Source: Octopus bimaculoides | Taxonomy: Eukaryota | Assembly: GCF_001194135.2 (NCBI RefSeq) | Contig: NC_068992.1 | Location: 18,037,260-18,090,829, forward strand | DNA: 53,570 bases | Direction: 5' to 3' | Part shown: piece after piece, positions 36,088 through 49,042 of the stretch | How the letters are laid out: every line of letters begins with the position of its first letter | Position numbering within the stretch: the first letter of the stretch is position 1 | Program-made: the position numbers and the translations under genes | The notes under the pieces: model-generated | Told to the model about the DNA's origin: nothing | What the model saw: the letters and a program-made list of their open reading frames with translations, nothing else | Databases searched by the model: none

Positions 36088-36274
36088 CTACAATGAATAG
36101 ATTTTACTTGTAGAAAAAAACAAACAAACAAATAAAAAGACGAAATAGTTATCAAGCGCTTTAGTCTTAATTTACAAAATTAAATTAGATGTAATGATCC
36201 AAGGGAAATAACTGCCGTGCAACAATGGCATGAATTAACATAAACAATTTAAAAGAGGATGCAGGTAATGTAAT

Positions 36275-36580
36275 CATAGAATCGTTTGATAGTCGGACAA
36301 AATGCTCCAAGGTATTTCTTCCGACTCTTTGTATGCTGTGTTTTCAAAATCCGCGGAGGTTGTCTTACCCTTTCATAATTTCAGAGTCGAGAAAATTAGC
36401 GCGAGTCAATTACTGTGTCAATGTAATTGACTCCATCCACTCGCGCTAAAATTGTTGGTTTTGTCCCTAAACTTGAAAAGGTAGACTGTGAGCTGGTAGA
36501 ATCGTTAGCACACCGGTTAAAATGCTTATCGGCATTTTTTCCAGTTCTTAATCATTTTAGTTAAATGTCCCCGAGTTCAC
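36275..36580 (+). mobile_element. Two adjacent old family-A-related SINE remnants
   Basis: TTTCAAAATCCGCGGAGGTTGTCTTACCCTTTCAT and GTGAGCTGGTAGAATCGTTAGCACACCGGTTAAAATGCTTATCGG. Confidence 0.6.
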
Positions 36581-37130
36581 CTCTAGTTGAGCACTGAGAG
36601 AGGGTTGTAATTGGCTTCTCTTTCTCCTCAATGTTGCTGGCATCGTGTTAATCATAAAGTAGAAACAAATTAAGAAGGATGCTTTCAATTACGTATGCAA
36701 AGCATTCTGAACTGATATTTCGTTCTTCGACGGATTTAGAAATGAAAGCAAAACTCTAGTGGAGATTGTCATTTTGGTTGTTGTACATGAAGAATGGGAC
36801 AATGGTGACGAGCCATGCAAGCCCTCCAAGACAGATGAGATTTGCTTTATTGATGTTCCTTTAAATTGCTGCTAGGTGATCCGTGCAAAGAAGATATAAG
36901 TGAGACAGAGCTCTAGAGAATCAGCATTCTCGTAGGTAATGACAAACTGGATGATTCAATGCGGTGGCCACGGAACTATCAACAGCATTATGAGAGGAGG
37001 ATACAAGATCGGAGATGTTTCAGTAAAGACATCTTGTGGCCAGCTAGCCGTGATTTGCCAGGTATATACACTGTGGTCGTGGAACCCCCTCACACACATT
37101 TATATATCTGTACATGAATAGATATAAATA

Positions 37131-37345
37131 TTCTTTTCTACTCTAGGCACAAGACTCTAAATTTTGGGGGAGGGGGCAGTCGATTAGATCGACCTCAGTA
37201 CGCTACCGCTACTTAATTCATTGACCCCGAAAGGATGAAAGGCAAAGTTGACCTCGGTGGAATTTGAACTAAGAACGTAAAGATAGACGAAATACCGCTA
37301 AGCATTTCGTCCGGCGTACTAACGTTTCTGCCAGCTGACCGCCTT
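37131..37345 (-). mobile_element. SINE family A, full length, 15-bp TSD with one mismatch
   Basis: G(A/C)ATAGATATAAATA at 37116-37130 and 37346-37360. Confidence 0.92.
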
Positions 37346-37516
37346 GCATAGATATAAATATCAAGATATGTGTGAAGACATACCTTCATTCACACACACA
37401 CACACATACACGCACACACAGATATATGTATGTGTTGGCATTTTATGTGTTTGTATGCATGTATGTTTGCCGGTGTAACGAGGTAGGATCTTTGAATTGG
37501 AGGCGGGATTAATTTG

Positions 37517-37650
37517 ACGGGCTTCCGAAATTTTTCTATCAAACATTACTTGCGAGGCTTGGTTCTACACAACGCTATGCTAAATGACATGTACCCAAGT
37601 TTACTCACAATAGAGTCGATCCCAGAACCATGTAATTGTGAGATGAACCT
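37517..37650 (-). mobile_element. Old SINE family B 5' half
   Basis: TCACAATTACATGGTTCTGGGATCGACTC..CTTGGGTACATGTC..GGAAGCCCGTC aligns with the family B head. Confidence 0.6.
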
Positions 37651-37757
37651 GTTAATCATTATTAATAATTTTGAGCTACTTATTATAAAAACATACTCTG
37701 TTGTTATTCTCACTTCGTCCATATTGGTTTCTTTTTCACAAACCTATTCTATGATAC

Positions 37758-38143
37758 GTGGAGGCGCAATGGCCCAGTGGTTAGGGCAGCGGACTCGCAG
37801 TCATGGAATCACGGTTTAGATTCCCAGACCGGGCGTTGTGAGTGTTTTTTGAGCGAAAACAACTAAAGCTCCACGAGGCTCCGTCAGGGGATGGCGGCGA
37901 ACCCTGCTGTACTCTTCCACCACAACTTTCTCTCACTCTTACTTCCTGTTTCTGTTGTGCCAGTAATTCAAAGGGTCAGTCTTGTCACGCTGTGTCACGT
38001 TGAATATCCCCGAGAACTACCTTAAGGATACACGTGTCTATGGGGTGCTCAGCCACTTGCACGTTAATTTCACGAGCAGGCTGTTCTGTTGATCGGATCA
38101 ACTGGAACACTCGACGTCGTAAGCGACGGAGTGCCAACAACAA
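37758..38143 (+). mobile_element. SINE family C, full length, about 12-bp TSD
   Basis: GTGGAGGCGCAATGGCCCAGTGG..GTGCCAACAACAA; TSD ATTCTAT(G/C)ATAC at 37746-37757 and 38143-38154. Confidence 0.92.
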
Positions 38144-38742
38144 TTCTATCATACGTCTATGAATTTTGGAAATCGCGTGTATATAACTTTACCGTTGCTC
38201 TTGTAAGGTATCCTGTGTGGAACTTATGTTTATTCAGATTCCTTACACTGTTTTCTTATTTCTGAAAACGTGGCACGCAAAATCAAGCTTGGAGCTCGTG
38301 AAGTAAGTTGGTAGTTTTAATTATATTAATTGAAGTTTTCCAGCTAGCTCCGGGGATAATGCCAATGGGTCGGACATGGACAATGCAATAACACTTTTAT
38401 CTCCCCTATACACTTGCCAATATTTATCAACGCAGGAAATCGTATATTGTTCTTTTATTCTTATATCTTACTGTTTCACTCTTTGGACTCCGGCTATGTC
38501 AGGACGTCGCACTTAATGACGTTAGTCAGTCATCTAGCCCGCAGTATTTATTCTGTCTGGTATTTGTTTTATTGTTTTATAATTTATCGAATAGATACAT
38601 TGCCTTTATGACTCATCTATTTTTGCATCAATAATCTTAAATATAGATTCAATCACGTGTGCATACATACAGAAGCACACATATATATGTATTGTATATA
38701 TGCGTGTGTGTAAATATAGGTAACGTATGTATGTATATGCAA

Positions 38743-38865
38743 ACGTAGCTGTGGTGTGGTTGAAGAATTTGCTGCGCAATCACATATTTTCGGGTTCGGT
38801 TCCACCGCAAGGCTCTGTAGACAAGTACAACTTACAATAGCTCTGGCTAAGAATGGTTTGTGAAC
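38743..38865 (+). mobile_element. Old SINE family B head, cut by a MITE
   Basis: GTAGCTGTGGTGTGGTTGAAGAATTTGC..TTCGGGTTCGGTTCCACCGC aligns with the family B head. Confidence 0.55.
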
Positions 38866-38877
38866 ATAGACAGAGCA

Positions 38878-39519
38878 CGCGTGATCTGATCAATAAGTAT
38901 CCGGAATGTTGCTATAGTAACGAAGCTAAATCATGCAGAGCGAAGCAGCTTGGCAAAGTGAAGGACTGCTGTAAAAACAGCGGATGTAAGCTATAACGTT
39001 CAAACTCAGTGCGCATGCACAGCAGAGATCAAGCTCAATTTTTGCCAAGCGGCTTCTTTGTTGTTGTTGGCACTCCATCGCTTACGACGTCGAGTGTTCC
39101 GTTCCGGTTGATCCGATCAACGGAACAGCCTGCGCGTGAAATTAACGTGCCAGTGGCTGAGCACTCCACAGACACGTGTACCCATAACGTAGTTCTCGGG
39201 GATATTCAGCGTGACACAGTGTGACAAGGCTGACCCTTTCAATTACAGGCACAACAGAAACAAGAAGAAAGAGCGAGAGAAAGTTGTGGTGAAAGACTAC
39301 AGCAGGGTTCGCCACCACACCCTGCCGGAGCCTCGTGGAGCTTTTAGGTGTTTTCACCCAATAAACACTCACAACGCCCGGTCTGGGAATCGAAACCGCG
39401 ATCCTATGACTGCGAGTCCGCTGCCCTAACCACTGGGCCATTGCGCCTCCACTAGCGGCTTCACTCTGCTTCATTTAGCTTCGTTACTATGGCAGCAGTC
39501 CGGATATTTAATAATCAGA
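38878..39519. mobile_element. Mariner-type MITE with about 75-bp TIRs, interrupted by SINE C
   Basis: Left arm TCTGATCAATAAGTATCCGGAATGTTGCTATAGTAACGAAGCTAAATCATGCAGAGCGAAGCAGCTTGGCAAA matches the reverse complement of the right arm once the SINE and one TSD are removed; right end enters a gap. Confidence 0.82.
39057..39452 (-). mobile_element. SINE family C, full length, 9-bp TSD, nested in MITE right TIR
   Basis: TSD AGCGGCTTC at 39048-39056 and 39454-39462; (CAA)n tail. Confidence 0.92.
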
Positions 39520-40617
39520 NNNNNNNNNNNNNNNNNNNNNNNNNNNNNNNNNNNNNNNNNNNNNNNNNNNNNNNNNNNNNNNNNNNNNNNNNNNNNNNNN
39601 NNNNNNNNNNNNNNNNNNNNNNNNNNNNNNNNNNNNNNNNNNNNNNNNNNNNNNNNNNNNNNNNNNNNNNNNNNNNNNNNNNNNNNNNNNNNNNNNNNNN
39701 NNNNNNNNNNNNNNNNNNNNNNNNNNNNNNNNNNNNNNNNNNNNNNNNNNNNNNNNNNNNNNNNNNNNNNNNNNNNNNNNNNNNNNNNNNNNNNNNNNNN
39801 NNNNNNNNNNNNNNNNNNNNNNNNNNNNNNNNNNNNNNNNNNNNNNNNNNNNNNNNNNNNNNNNNNNNNNNNNNNNNNNNNNNNNNNNNNNNNNNNNNNN
39901 NNNNNNNNNNNNNNNNNNNNNNNNNNNNNNNNNNNNNNNNNNNNNNNNNNNNNNNNNNNNNNNNNNNNNNNNNNNNNNNNNNNNNNNNNNNNNNNNNNNN
40001 NNNNNNNNNNNNNNNNNNNNNNNNNNNNNNNNNNNNNNNNNNNNNNNNNNNNNNNNNNNNNNNNNNNNNNNNNNNNNNNNNNNNNNNNNNNNNNNNNNNN
40101 NNNNNNNNNNNNNNNNNNNNNNNNNNNNNNNNNNNNNNNNNNNNNNNNNNNNNNNNNNNNNNNNNNNNNNNNNNNNNNNNNNNNNNNNNNNNNNNNNNNN
40201 NNNNNNNNNNNNNNNNNNNNNNNNNNNNNNNNNNNNNNNNNNNNNNNNNNNNNNNNNNGAGTAAGCACATAAATGCGAAACAAGGTGGAAAAAATAGTAC
40301 TCGAATACAGGAGGTAGGCAATATGCTCTAATAAAAAAGCAACAAAAATATAACAAAAACTGTTACTCATAGTTTTACGTTCCTGTTTGTGTAGAATGGA
40401 ACAAAATAACATTATATCCATAAATATACAATTACTTTGATATATACACATTTGAGAATGGTTTTGTTTCATTGAAACTTTCAACTAACGGTATTTTCAA
40501 TAACCGGTTGTATGAAATTACAATTCCAGTTTAAAATCATATTATCACATCGTCAAGTATGAAATTTGTAGAAAAGAATAGAAAAAAAGTTTGCTAATGT
40601 TTTATAAATACAGGGAA

Positions 40618-40725
40618 TACTTTTATTCATCAAAGTATGTCCTCATATTGGCAATACACTTTTGTCATTTCAGTGGTAACTTGTCCAACCCGGAACTATA
40701 AAAGCCTGGCAATCTTTCTTTCCTT
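40618..40725 (-). mobile_element. Mariner transposase C-terminal remnant
   Basis: PGFYSSGLDKLPLK*QKCIANMRTYFDE* (cf. FYxxGIxKLPxRWQKCIxxxGxYFD). Confidence 0.65.
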
Positions 40726-40846
40726 CTCTGAGTATCTTCTTAATACTTTCCATGTACCATGTCCTTCTTGTCTTTGTTCTCAGTTTTTTATTATTAATTA
40801 TNNNNNNNNNNAATTATATACATACATACATACATACATACAAACA

Positions 40847-40878
<32 letters not shown>

Positions 40879-40883
<5 letters not shown>

Positions 40884-41046
40884 AATGAGGGCGCGTGGTG
40901 GCACCTACATTGCTAGAAACAAGAGTCAAAGATCCTTATGATCGCAAAAAGCACAGGTCTGTGTATTGGATGGAGAGATAAGCACCCAAAGGTCCTTGAC
41001 CCTGGTTTCTATCAATATAGGAGCTACCACGCACCCTCAGTTACTA
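40879..41046. mobile_element. 168-bp MITE with about 55-bp imperfect TIRs and TA ends
   Basis: TAGTGAATGAGGGCGCGTGGTGGCACCTACATTGCTAGAAAC versus reverse complement of the right end TAGTAACTGAGGGTGCGTGGTAGCTCCTATATTGATAGAAAC. Confidence 0.8.
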
Positions 41047-42830
41047 TTAGTGACAATTTCGTCGAACAGTTGTATATATATATAAAGATACTGTTCTGTT
41101 AAGGCAGAATTAGCCACAAGCATAGTACGTCCAGTGGAAGATAGGTATACTTTAACCTACACTGTATTAATGTTAAGAGGTATTAACAACGTGTTTCAAA
41201 CGTGTCTTAATGACACGCAACTGTTAATAGATTGTATGGAAATATTTCCATTTTGTTTCTCGTTCATAAGAAAAAGATCTCTCATAATGATATTGCATTT
41301 ACTTCGCATTGGTCTAGAAAAAAAAACATAAAACCTGAAACAGTTAAAGGGAATCTTCATCCCCTCTTCTGTTTCTAAGTAAACTCTCTCCTCCCCTCTT
41401 ACCCTGAAAGCAACTGTAGGTTGCAGCACCAACAGTCCCCAGTCAGAGCATACCCCGCTCCATATATATATATATATATATATATATACGTACAGGCATA
41501 CATAGAAACATATATACATATATATTTTTATATATAATCATTTCTATATATACTTATTCATCCTTCTTTACACATGTACACGTGTATATTAACTCCTAGT
41601 TAATATACACACTTCTAACCTAGAAATGAGGCTTTTACATTGAAATTTAGACAACATGAACTATTTAGAAAAAAATATGGAAAGAGGAATTGTGTCCAGG
41701 TAACATTACACACGAACATACTGATGCAAATAGTGCAAAACCTCAACATTAGTGATGCAATATCACAAAACCCGCTCTCACCATACCCAACGTAAAGATA
41801 ATAATAGAGATTTTCATCATGATAAAAAAAGTCTGATTAAAGTAATAGGATACAAAAAGGATAGAAATGCTGCATATCTGCTATGTTAGATCATTGATTG
41901 TATTTTATCTGCTTTTTATCCATTTATGTTGACAATTGCAAATGGAATCAGAGCACAACCCCAATAGATACTATCAGGGTTTTCACCGACATCATTTGAG
42001 AGGAATGCATTTAAGTTGGATAGCATTGATCGTGGATTCCATCTATACAGGAATAACGTAATATATATAAGTACTTAATTTCACATCGGAAATAATGTAA
42101 GTCTCGATTTAAAGCGTTTCCAAGTTCTGTTATACAGGTTAGAAGCTAAATGCAGATGAATATCAACAAAGTATTTCGTTACTTCATTATATCAGACTTC
42201 TTGCAGAGATAAAACTGAGATTAAGAAAATTATTCAACTCTGCCGCCAATACGAACTATAATACAGACGTTTATATAGACAAAGACGACCACAGATATAC
42301 ATACATACATACATACATACATACATACANNNNNNNNNNATATATATATACACAGAAATGGAGAGGAAACTAAGCGAGTGATATCAAAGCGGAATGGAAT
42401 AATTTTCTCATGGGAGACAAATTAATTGAAACGACCGTATTGCGAACCTTTACTAGATATATAATGGAACCTTTACTCGGGGCCTTGATTCTGAATGCCC
42501 TTTGATCGTGAATCATTTACATAAAATCTTTCACCATAGCCTAACTTTATCGTATATAATGATTTCTTCTTATTAAATACGGTTGCATCCCAGCACAGAA
42601 GCGATGCCGTTATTGATTCCATTGACCTAAATATATTACTGTTTGTCATTGTACACTTACATACACATACACACACGAACGCACTTATATATATATATAT
42701 ATATATCCGTATATGTATGTATAAATGTATCTTACAGTCACAAGATACGTTTATATGGACAAAAGAACGCAGCTATAGGATTTAACTGACCATAAGTTTT
42801 AATATAGGCTCAGAGTTAAAAATTTAAAAT

Positions 42831-42890
42831 TTTATTCATAGAGACTTCGATGTTTTGCCGTTCGTGTCCTTTCAGGCGGGTTGACTAATC
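42831..42890 (-). mobile_element. Possible Penelope-like element 3' terminus
   Basis: CCTGAAAGGACACGAACGGCAAAACATCGAAGTCTCTATGAATAAA resembles the CTGAAGA..CGAAACGTCG..AATAAA end of PLEs; short, motif only. Confidence 0.35.
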
Positions 42891-43028
42891 CGAGACGATC
42901 GATATTTCCCTCCTTGTCTACCTGCCTGTCGTCTGTTTGGCTGTCTGTCTACTCCATACTTTCTCAGTCTGCATGTATCTGTATACATACATACATACAT
43001 ACATACATACAGACAGACAGACAGACAT

Positions 43029-43063
<35 letters not shown>

Positions 43064-46000
43064 CACCTTTATGAGTAAAGTGGTGGAAGTGAGGAGCGTC
43101 GAAACGCAAATTCTGAGAGTACGATGCATTTTTAATACCGTGAAGTGCGTATTTGAAAGGAAGTGTACTCAGTCAATCACGGAGGCCGTCTCGTGAATTG
43201 ATTCAGTCGTGAGTTTATTATTCATATACAGTGTTCATTCTGTAAGATGAAGATACAAGAAAATACTTTAAGGCAATCGTACACAAATCGTAGGTCTCCT
43301 AATTAAATGACATGCAATACTTAATGCCGCTTTGTGCAGTCTGAGAATATATACATATGGAGCTCTGTTCGCCAAACATGCGCCATTAATGCGTTGTTGC
43401 CGATTCTCTCAACGTAACATTTTCTGTTCCCATCAAGAACCTTCTGTCTATTCAAGAGAAATCAATATAAGTAAACCCTTGCAAAAACTAATGAGGAATT
43501 TATACCAGAGGTTATGATTTAACGTTAAATACAGATATGTAAAACTTGGAAGCGGGGAGAAAACAATTTGGTAATAGATTAAACAATTGTTTAACAATTT
43601 GGTAATAGATTAAATAAATCTTATGTAAGGTTGTTGATAATCTACTGAACAAGTTATTTGAATGTCTTACTGCTTCTGTGAGTTGTCGGTATTAGGTTAT
43701 CTAAAATCTCATCTGTACATTCCCCCGTCTGCTGGATTAAAACGAAAAGAATAAACAGCATGAATAATTGCAACAAAAACAACGCAATCGGCATTTGTAA
43801 TGTTAATGCTGAGATCCCTTGCGCAGTAATAATCTCAGTTCCATCGTTTAATTCCCACTTTTATTCTAAACATTGCTAAAAGCCATTCTGCTAGGAACTA
43901 TGTCGATTACGAAATCCCCCTTCGTTCTGGTAAGTATTTATTGTCCCCTCACAATACTGCTTTGGTTATTAAGAACTATTACCTTAATTCAATTATATCA
44001 TATTTTATATACAGCGCTGGTATATATTGATTTGTTTTGATTTGGCACGAGTCCAACATTATTATTAGGAGCAGGTTATCGATGATTAAATGGCATAGCA
44101 TACGGTGAATAAATGCATAATGGTACTTATTTAATTTCATCGCTCTTTCAGTGATGTAAGGAAAAGGCTAGCCCAGCGGGATCTTCTTTGATATAATAGA
44201 CACATCACCTCAGATATATTGGGGGAAAATTGCACCACTTTACTGCTTTACTCAAAGGATTTGATTGCGTTGAGTTAAGCGAAATCATTTCAACAAGAAA
44301 TAAGTCGGGTTGTTTATTCAGCTCACCAGGATATTGCAATCTATTTAACGCTATTCTTGTATATGTTGGCTTAAATTGGGTTCATTTCGCATTTAACACT
44401 GAAATAGTTTAGAAATAAATCTGTGGAACACTATACCACTTCAAGTCGATATCGACCAAGTATTATATGTTCCGTACAGTGAAGCGTGTCATATGTTAAG
44501 CTTTAAATCATGACTATTGAAGGTTGCAAATTGTGCTCAATACTTGACAAACGTAAAGTTACCTTAGCTACGCCGCTTGTATCCTATAAAATAAATTACC
44601 ATTTTAATATCACAATTCTGTAATCCCTTCAAATACTCGAAATATTTTCACTTAGTATCCTTCTTATTAGAACGCGTGAGCCGATGGCTTGGGCTTCCCG
44701 TGAAATCGCGTGTGAAATGGATAATTGAACAAGAATCCAGCTTTGTCGATCCCGTTACGTATTAGTAAAATCTGGCTTTAATGATTTCATAATTTTCTAG
44801 ATTTTAGAACTGTACTGTAACAAAATTGAGTAAAATAACGCATTAAACGATATCAATGATCGCTTCACTTGAAATTTATGAAGTTCTGTAAATCTTGTTA
44901 GAAAACTACATTGAAGATTATGTTGTGAGAGAAGCCACAAAAGCAAGTCTGATTCTCCGATTTAAGCAGTATCTAAGGTTCGATTTCACCTTGAATATCG
45001 TCAACAAAGAAGAAATGTCATTCGTTTTATGTTATTCACTTTACTCACTCTGATGAAATGTATTTAGATATTATCTAACTACGAAGAACCAGACGAATAA
45101 AGCCGTCTGAATGAGTTTGTATTCTCTACAAGAGTCAGTAGTTCCTTTATTTTGTCCTTGATAGCAGACCAACAACACCTACCCAAAAGGTCAGTCGATT
45201 GTTTCGTGTGATAGCCTTGTTCGTGTCGCTGCTTAGTTCAAATTTTGCTCTCATCGACAGCTTTATAACCAAGGGCTCTTCCCATGACTGTTTTTCATTG
45301 TACGCAGCGTGTTGAGGACTATTTTGTCTAATGCATCCTGCCAAGATGTGAGGAAAATTTTGACTGTTGTTTGCAGCATGTCGAACAACAGTCATTGTTC
45401 CTTCGTTTGCTCTCGGTTGGTAATTTATCTGTGGTGTTGTGTTGTATGGTTTGCTTATTTGCTAATTACGTGGACGATTGTGGTTGGTGCAGTGCCGTGT
45501 AGTATTGTTGTTGTATAGTACATAGAGGAACAGACTTATGACATGAAGTCAGTGAGCTGATGTCCATAATATAGCACGACTATTCTTAGCTATACGAACT
45601 ACAACTATTGCTGCTGGCCATCGCAACACTGGAGTCGGAGTGAGCGCAGCAATTTCTATGCTGCATTGAACATCATTGGTGTACATCTCAGCAGTAATTA
45701 GTGAGTGATAATGAGGCTATTAATGAAGCAACGATTTCTGCTTTGTTTGTGTCTTTCTCCTGTTTTACTGGCATAAATGCACGGGATATTGTATTAAGGA
45801 TGCTGTATTTGTAATGCAATGGGCTTAGTAAATGTGACTTGGTAACTGAAGGTAACTTTTAATGTAATGGTAGACACTTTAATTTACAACGTTGATATAT
45901 TGTACCCCTACTTGTTTGTCTGGGAGATATTTCATTTCCTTTTTTCTCTTTTTGTTTCATAGCGTTACTGGTTAAAATTTTCTATCTATGTATAATATAA

Positions 46001-47912
46001 TATAAGATAATGTTATGTGCTCTATTTTCTGTTTCTTTGTAGTTTATGTGATTTGTTATGGAGAAACTGGGTGCTAGACCTTCACTAATGTAAATCCCAT
46101 TTATCCATTTCTGATTTAAGTGCCTCGATATAAACATGGCTTCTCAGGACTGGCTACTAATTGCTGAAAACTACCAGTAACTGTGGGAGGGGTTGTCTAT
46201 GACGTTTCTATTAAAATTTCTGTGATGTGATTCTATTGAAATATATTTCATTTAATTGGAGATGTTTATCGAAACCTAGCGTAACTATAAAAGCCTTGCG
46301 ATCTCTCTAAATGATCCCAATCAAATTGGGTTCTCTCAAATGGATCCTTCCCGATCTCGACCGTCCATGCAATCGATCCTAGACATTCTACTGTTTCTAT
46401 ACCCTCCTTATTGATTGATTCTTTTGATTAAATTTAATATCTCTGTTTGAACGAGTTACGTTTGCGCGATGTGATCTGTCTTTGTCCTTTTATTTATTTC
46501 AGCCATAAAATTCCTTCCATCATGAGGCACCGTTTTGAAGAGTTTAGTCGAACGAATCGATCCCAATACATATTACTTAAAGCTATTACACATTATGCCA
46601 GTCTTTTTCGCCGAACCTCTAAGTGTGTGTGTGCGCGTTTGTGTATTAACATGTTTTATTTTACCTCTCTTTAATTTTGAATGATTATGAAAATTATATG
46701 TTGTTTTTTCCTTTTCCTTCATCTGTGACTTTTGCCGTATCTCACTATCGGGGACACGATTTAATGTATGTTAAGAAGCTTCTGCTGGAGGTTAACATCC
46801 CCAACTTCGTCGGAATGTAATTAAATATTTATTTTCCTTTTCAGCTCTATAAATATATGGTTAAAGTCACTTATGTTGTATTATAGTATTTTAAAGCTGG
46901 TTTTCTTTTTGTGTGTGAATCAAATGCGCAAGGATTTTCGCTTGTCCAATGAAGTATTTTTTTTTACATGCTTCAAGAGATGTTACATTGACAAGAAAGA
47001 TAATAACAGTAATTCGTTATTGTTTTCTTCACTGTTATTTCTCTTCTTCCAGAAATGCCGTGTAGTTATGGGGAGAGTTCTTTAAATTATTTTATTTTAT
47101 TATATTTGTGTGAGTATTTTAGAAAATATGAGGTTGCCAGATAAACTTGTTGGTTTTTTTAAATTTTAAAAAAATTTTATTTTTTGTTCTGTTTGGGACG
47201 TCATGCGTCTGAAAAAAGTAAACTTTCATCTAAATTTCAAATACGATCAACAGAAATTATTTAGCGAAAGAATAGCGTTAGAAAGTGCCGTAAAACAATG
47301 CCATAAAAATATCCATATTGGAAATAATTAAAATAAAATGAAAAATAACAAAAAAATTATCCGACAGCCCAACACATTTAAGGGTCATGAAATTTCCATT
47401 TAGTGAGCAGCGGTCGCTTTTCCGCAGAATCCATCTTCGCTTGAACAACAGTGTCTCTGAGCGATACTTGAAGCAGCCGCTCGGTATTGAATGTTTTATG
47501 AACTTATCTTCCTTTTTTTTCAAAAAAACATTCATAAATATTTAACGAAGTATATTCATTCATGTTGAAGATGACATGATCTAAAATTAAATAAATTTGA
47601 TATCGTATGCATTTGTGTGTAGGGGGCAACGTGATGTAGTAGAGTGTGATGNNNNNNNNNNNNNNNNNNNNNNNNNNNNNNNNNNNNNNNNNNNNNNNNN
47701 NNNNNNNNNNNNNNNNNNNNNNNNNNNNNNNNNNNNNNNNNNNNNNNNNNNNNNNNNNNNNNNNNNNNNNNNNNNNNNNNNNNNNNNNNNNNNNNNNNNN
47801 NNNNNNNNNNNNNNNNNNNNNNNNNNNNNNNNNNNNNNNNNNNNNNNNNNNNNNNNNNNNNNNNNNNNNNNNNNNNNNNNNNNNNNNNNNNNTATATATA
47901 TAAATAAAGGAA

Positions 47913-47943
<31 letters not shown>

Positions 47944-49000
47944 ATATATATATATATAAAGGAATATATATATAAATTCTTTTAGAGCTTTATTTCTGGG
48001 ACACATTTCATCGATTTATGATCTGTACACGAATACAAGATCGAGGTTTTCGTCTCCCAGCGAGGATATTTTCACATCGTTCCTAGAACACACGAAAAAT
48101 GGTGCAGCATACGTAGAGATGAACCAAGTGTCAAATATTTAATATTTTAATGGGCTGAAATCGAACACATTATAATGCATATTGTGTAGGGGGTCTTTGC
48201 AAATGTAAATTTACCCAGTTCTTATTCTCGATTCTTTTGAACATGAAACATTAAGATCAGCAATTAGTTGCTGAAAATAATCAGTAGATACATAGTACTT
48301 CCGTGATGTTTGTAATTAAATAGGTACAATATTACTATTGAAAGTTTTGCTCTCAATTTGAGGCGTATATCGAAACCTAGCCTAACTACTGGGGTCTCTC
48401 TAGAACATTCCAATTTAGTTCAACCCAAATAGATCCTGTCCGCCCTCACACCTCCATGTATTCTTTTCATGAAATTTTCTATTGAGAGAACTCCAAGATC
48501 CAGTGGATCAGAATACAAGATGTTTAACAGCTTAGAATCGATTTTGTTTCTGCTGGGGAAATAATATGAGGAATAGATAGACAGATAGATAGATAGAGAG
48601 AGAGACAGAGAGAGAGAGAGACAGAGAGAGAGAGGGGAGAGAGAGAAATAGGAAGAGGGAGGGGAGAGAAAAGGAGAGAGAAACAGGGACGGCAAAAGAA
48701 GACTGGATTAGTCATGTTTATTAAATGTGACTACAGCTAAAGTATTTGCATACATGAGGATTAATGCGAAAGTGAATAGACTTGAAATTCTTACAAAACA
48801 TGTGAAAAAGGATATAAAGTAAAAAATATAATGATATAGACGTTAATGGTAGGCGATTAAATACATAGAATAAAATGGATGAAGAAATTATTGCTAAAAT
48901 ACGTATTTTCAAATCTGTCTTGAAGCTAGAAAAATAATTTTAAAGCATGAGATGACTAATATTTCAAAATGTTAAAAATTGCTATTTGTAAGAATATGTA

Positions 49001-49042
<42 letters not shown>

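Noticed and set aside
37608-37647. 40-nt exon candidate with perfect gtgagt donor (MVLGSTL, signal-peptide-like when joined to exon 1)
   Set aside because: Lies inside an old SINE B head; sites are probably repeat-derived, though exonisation is not excluded.
45147-45700. Weak L2/CR1-like peptide (DALDKIV..KSPWL) and GC-richer block; similar block at 36570-37090
   Set aside because: Too degenerate to assign without a profile search.
47390-47450. Minus-strand ATG in good context, MDSAEKRPLLTKWKFHDP*
   Set aside because: Stops after 18 codons with no donor; at most a uORF.
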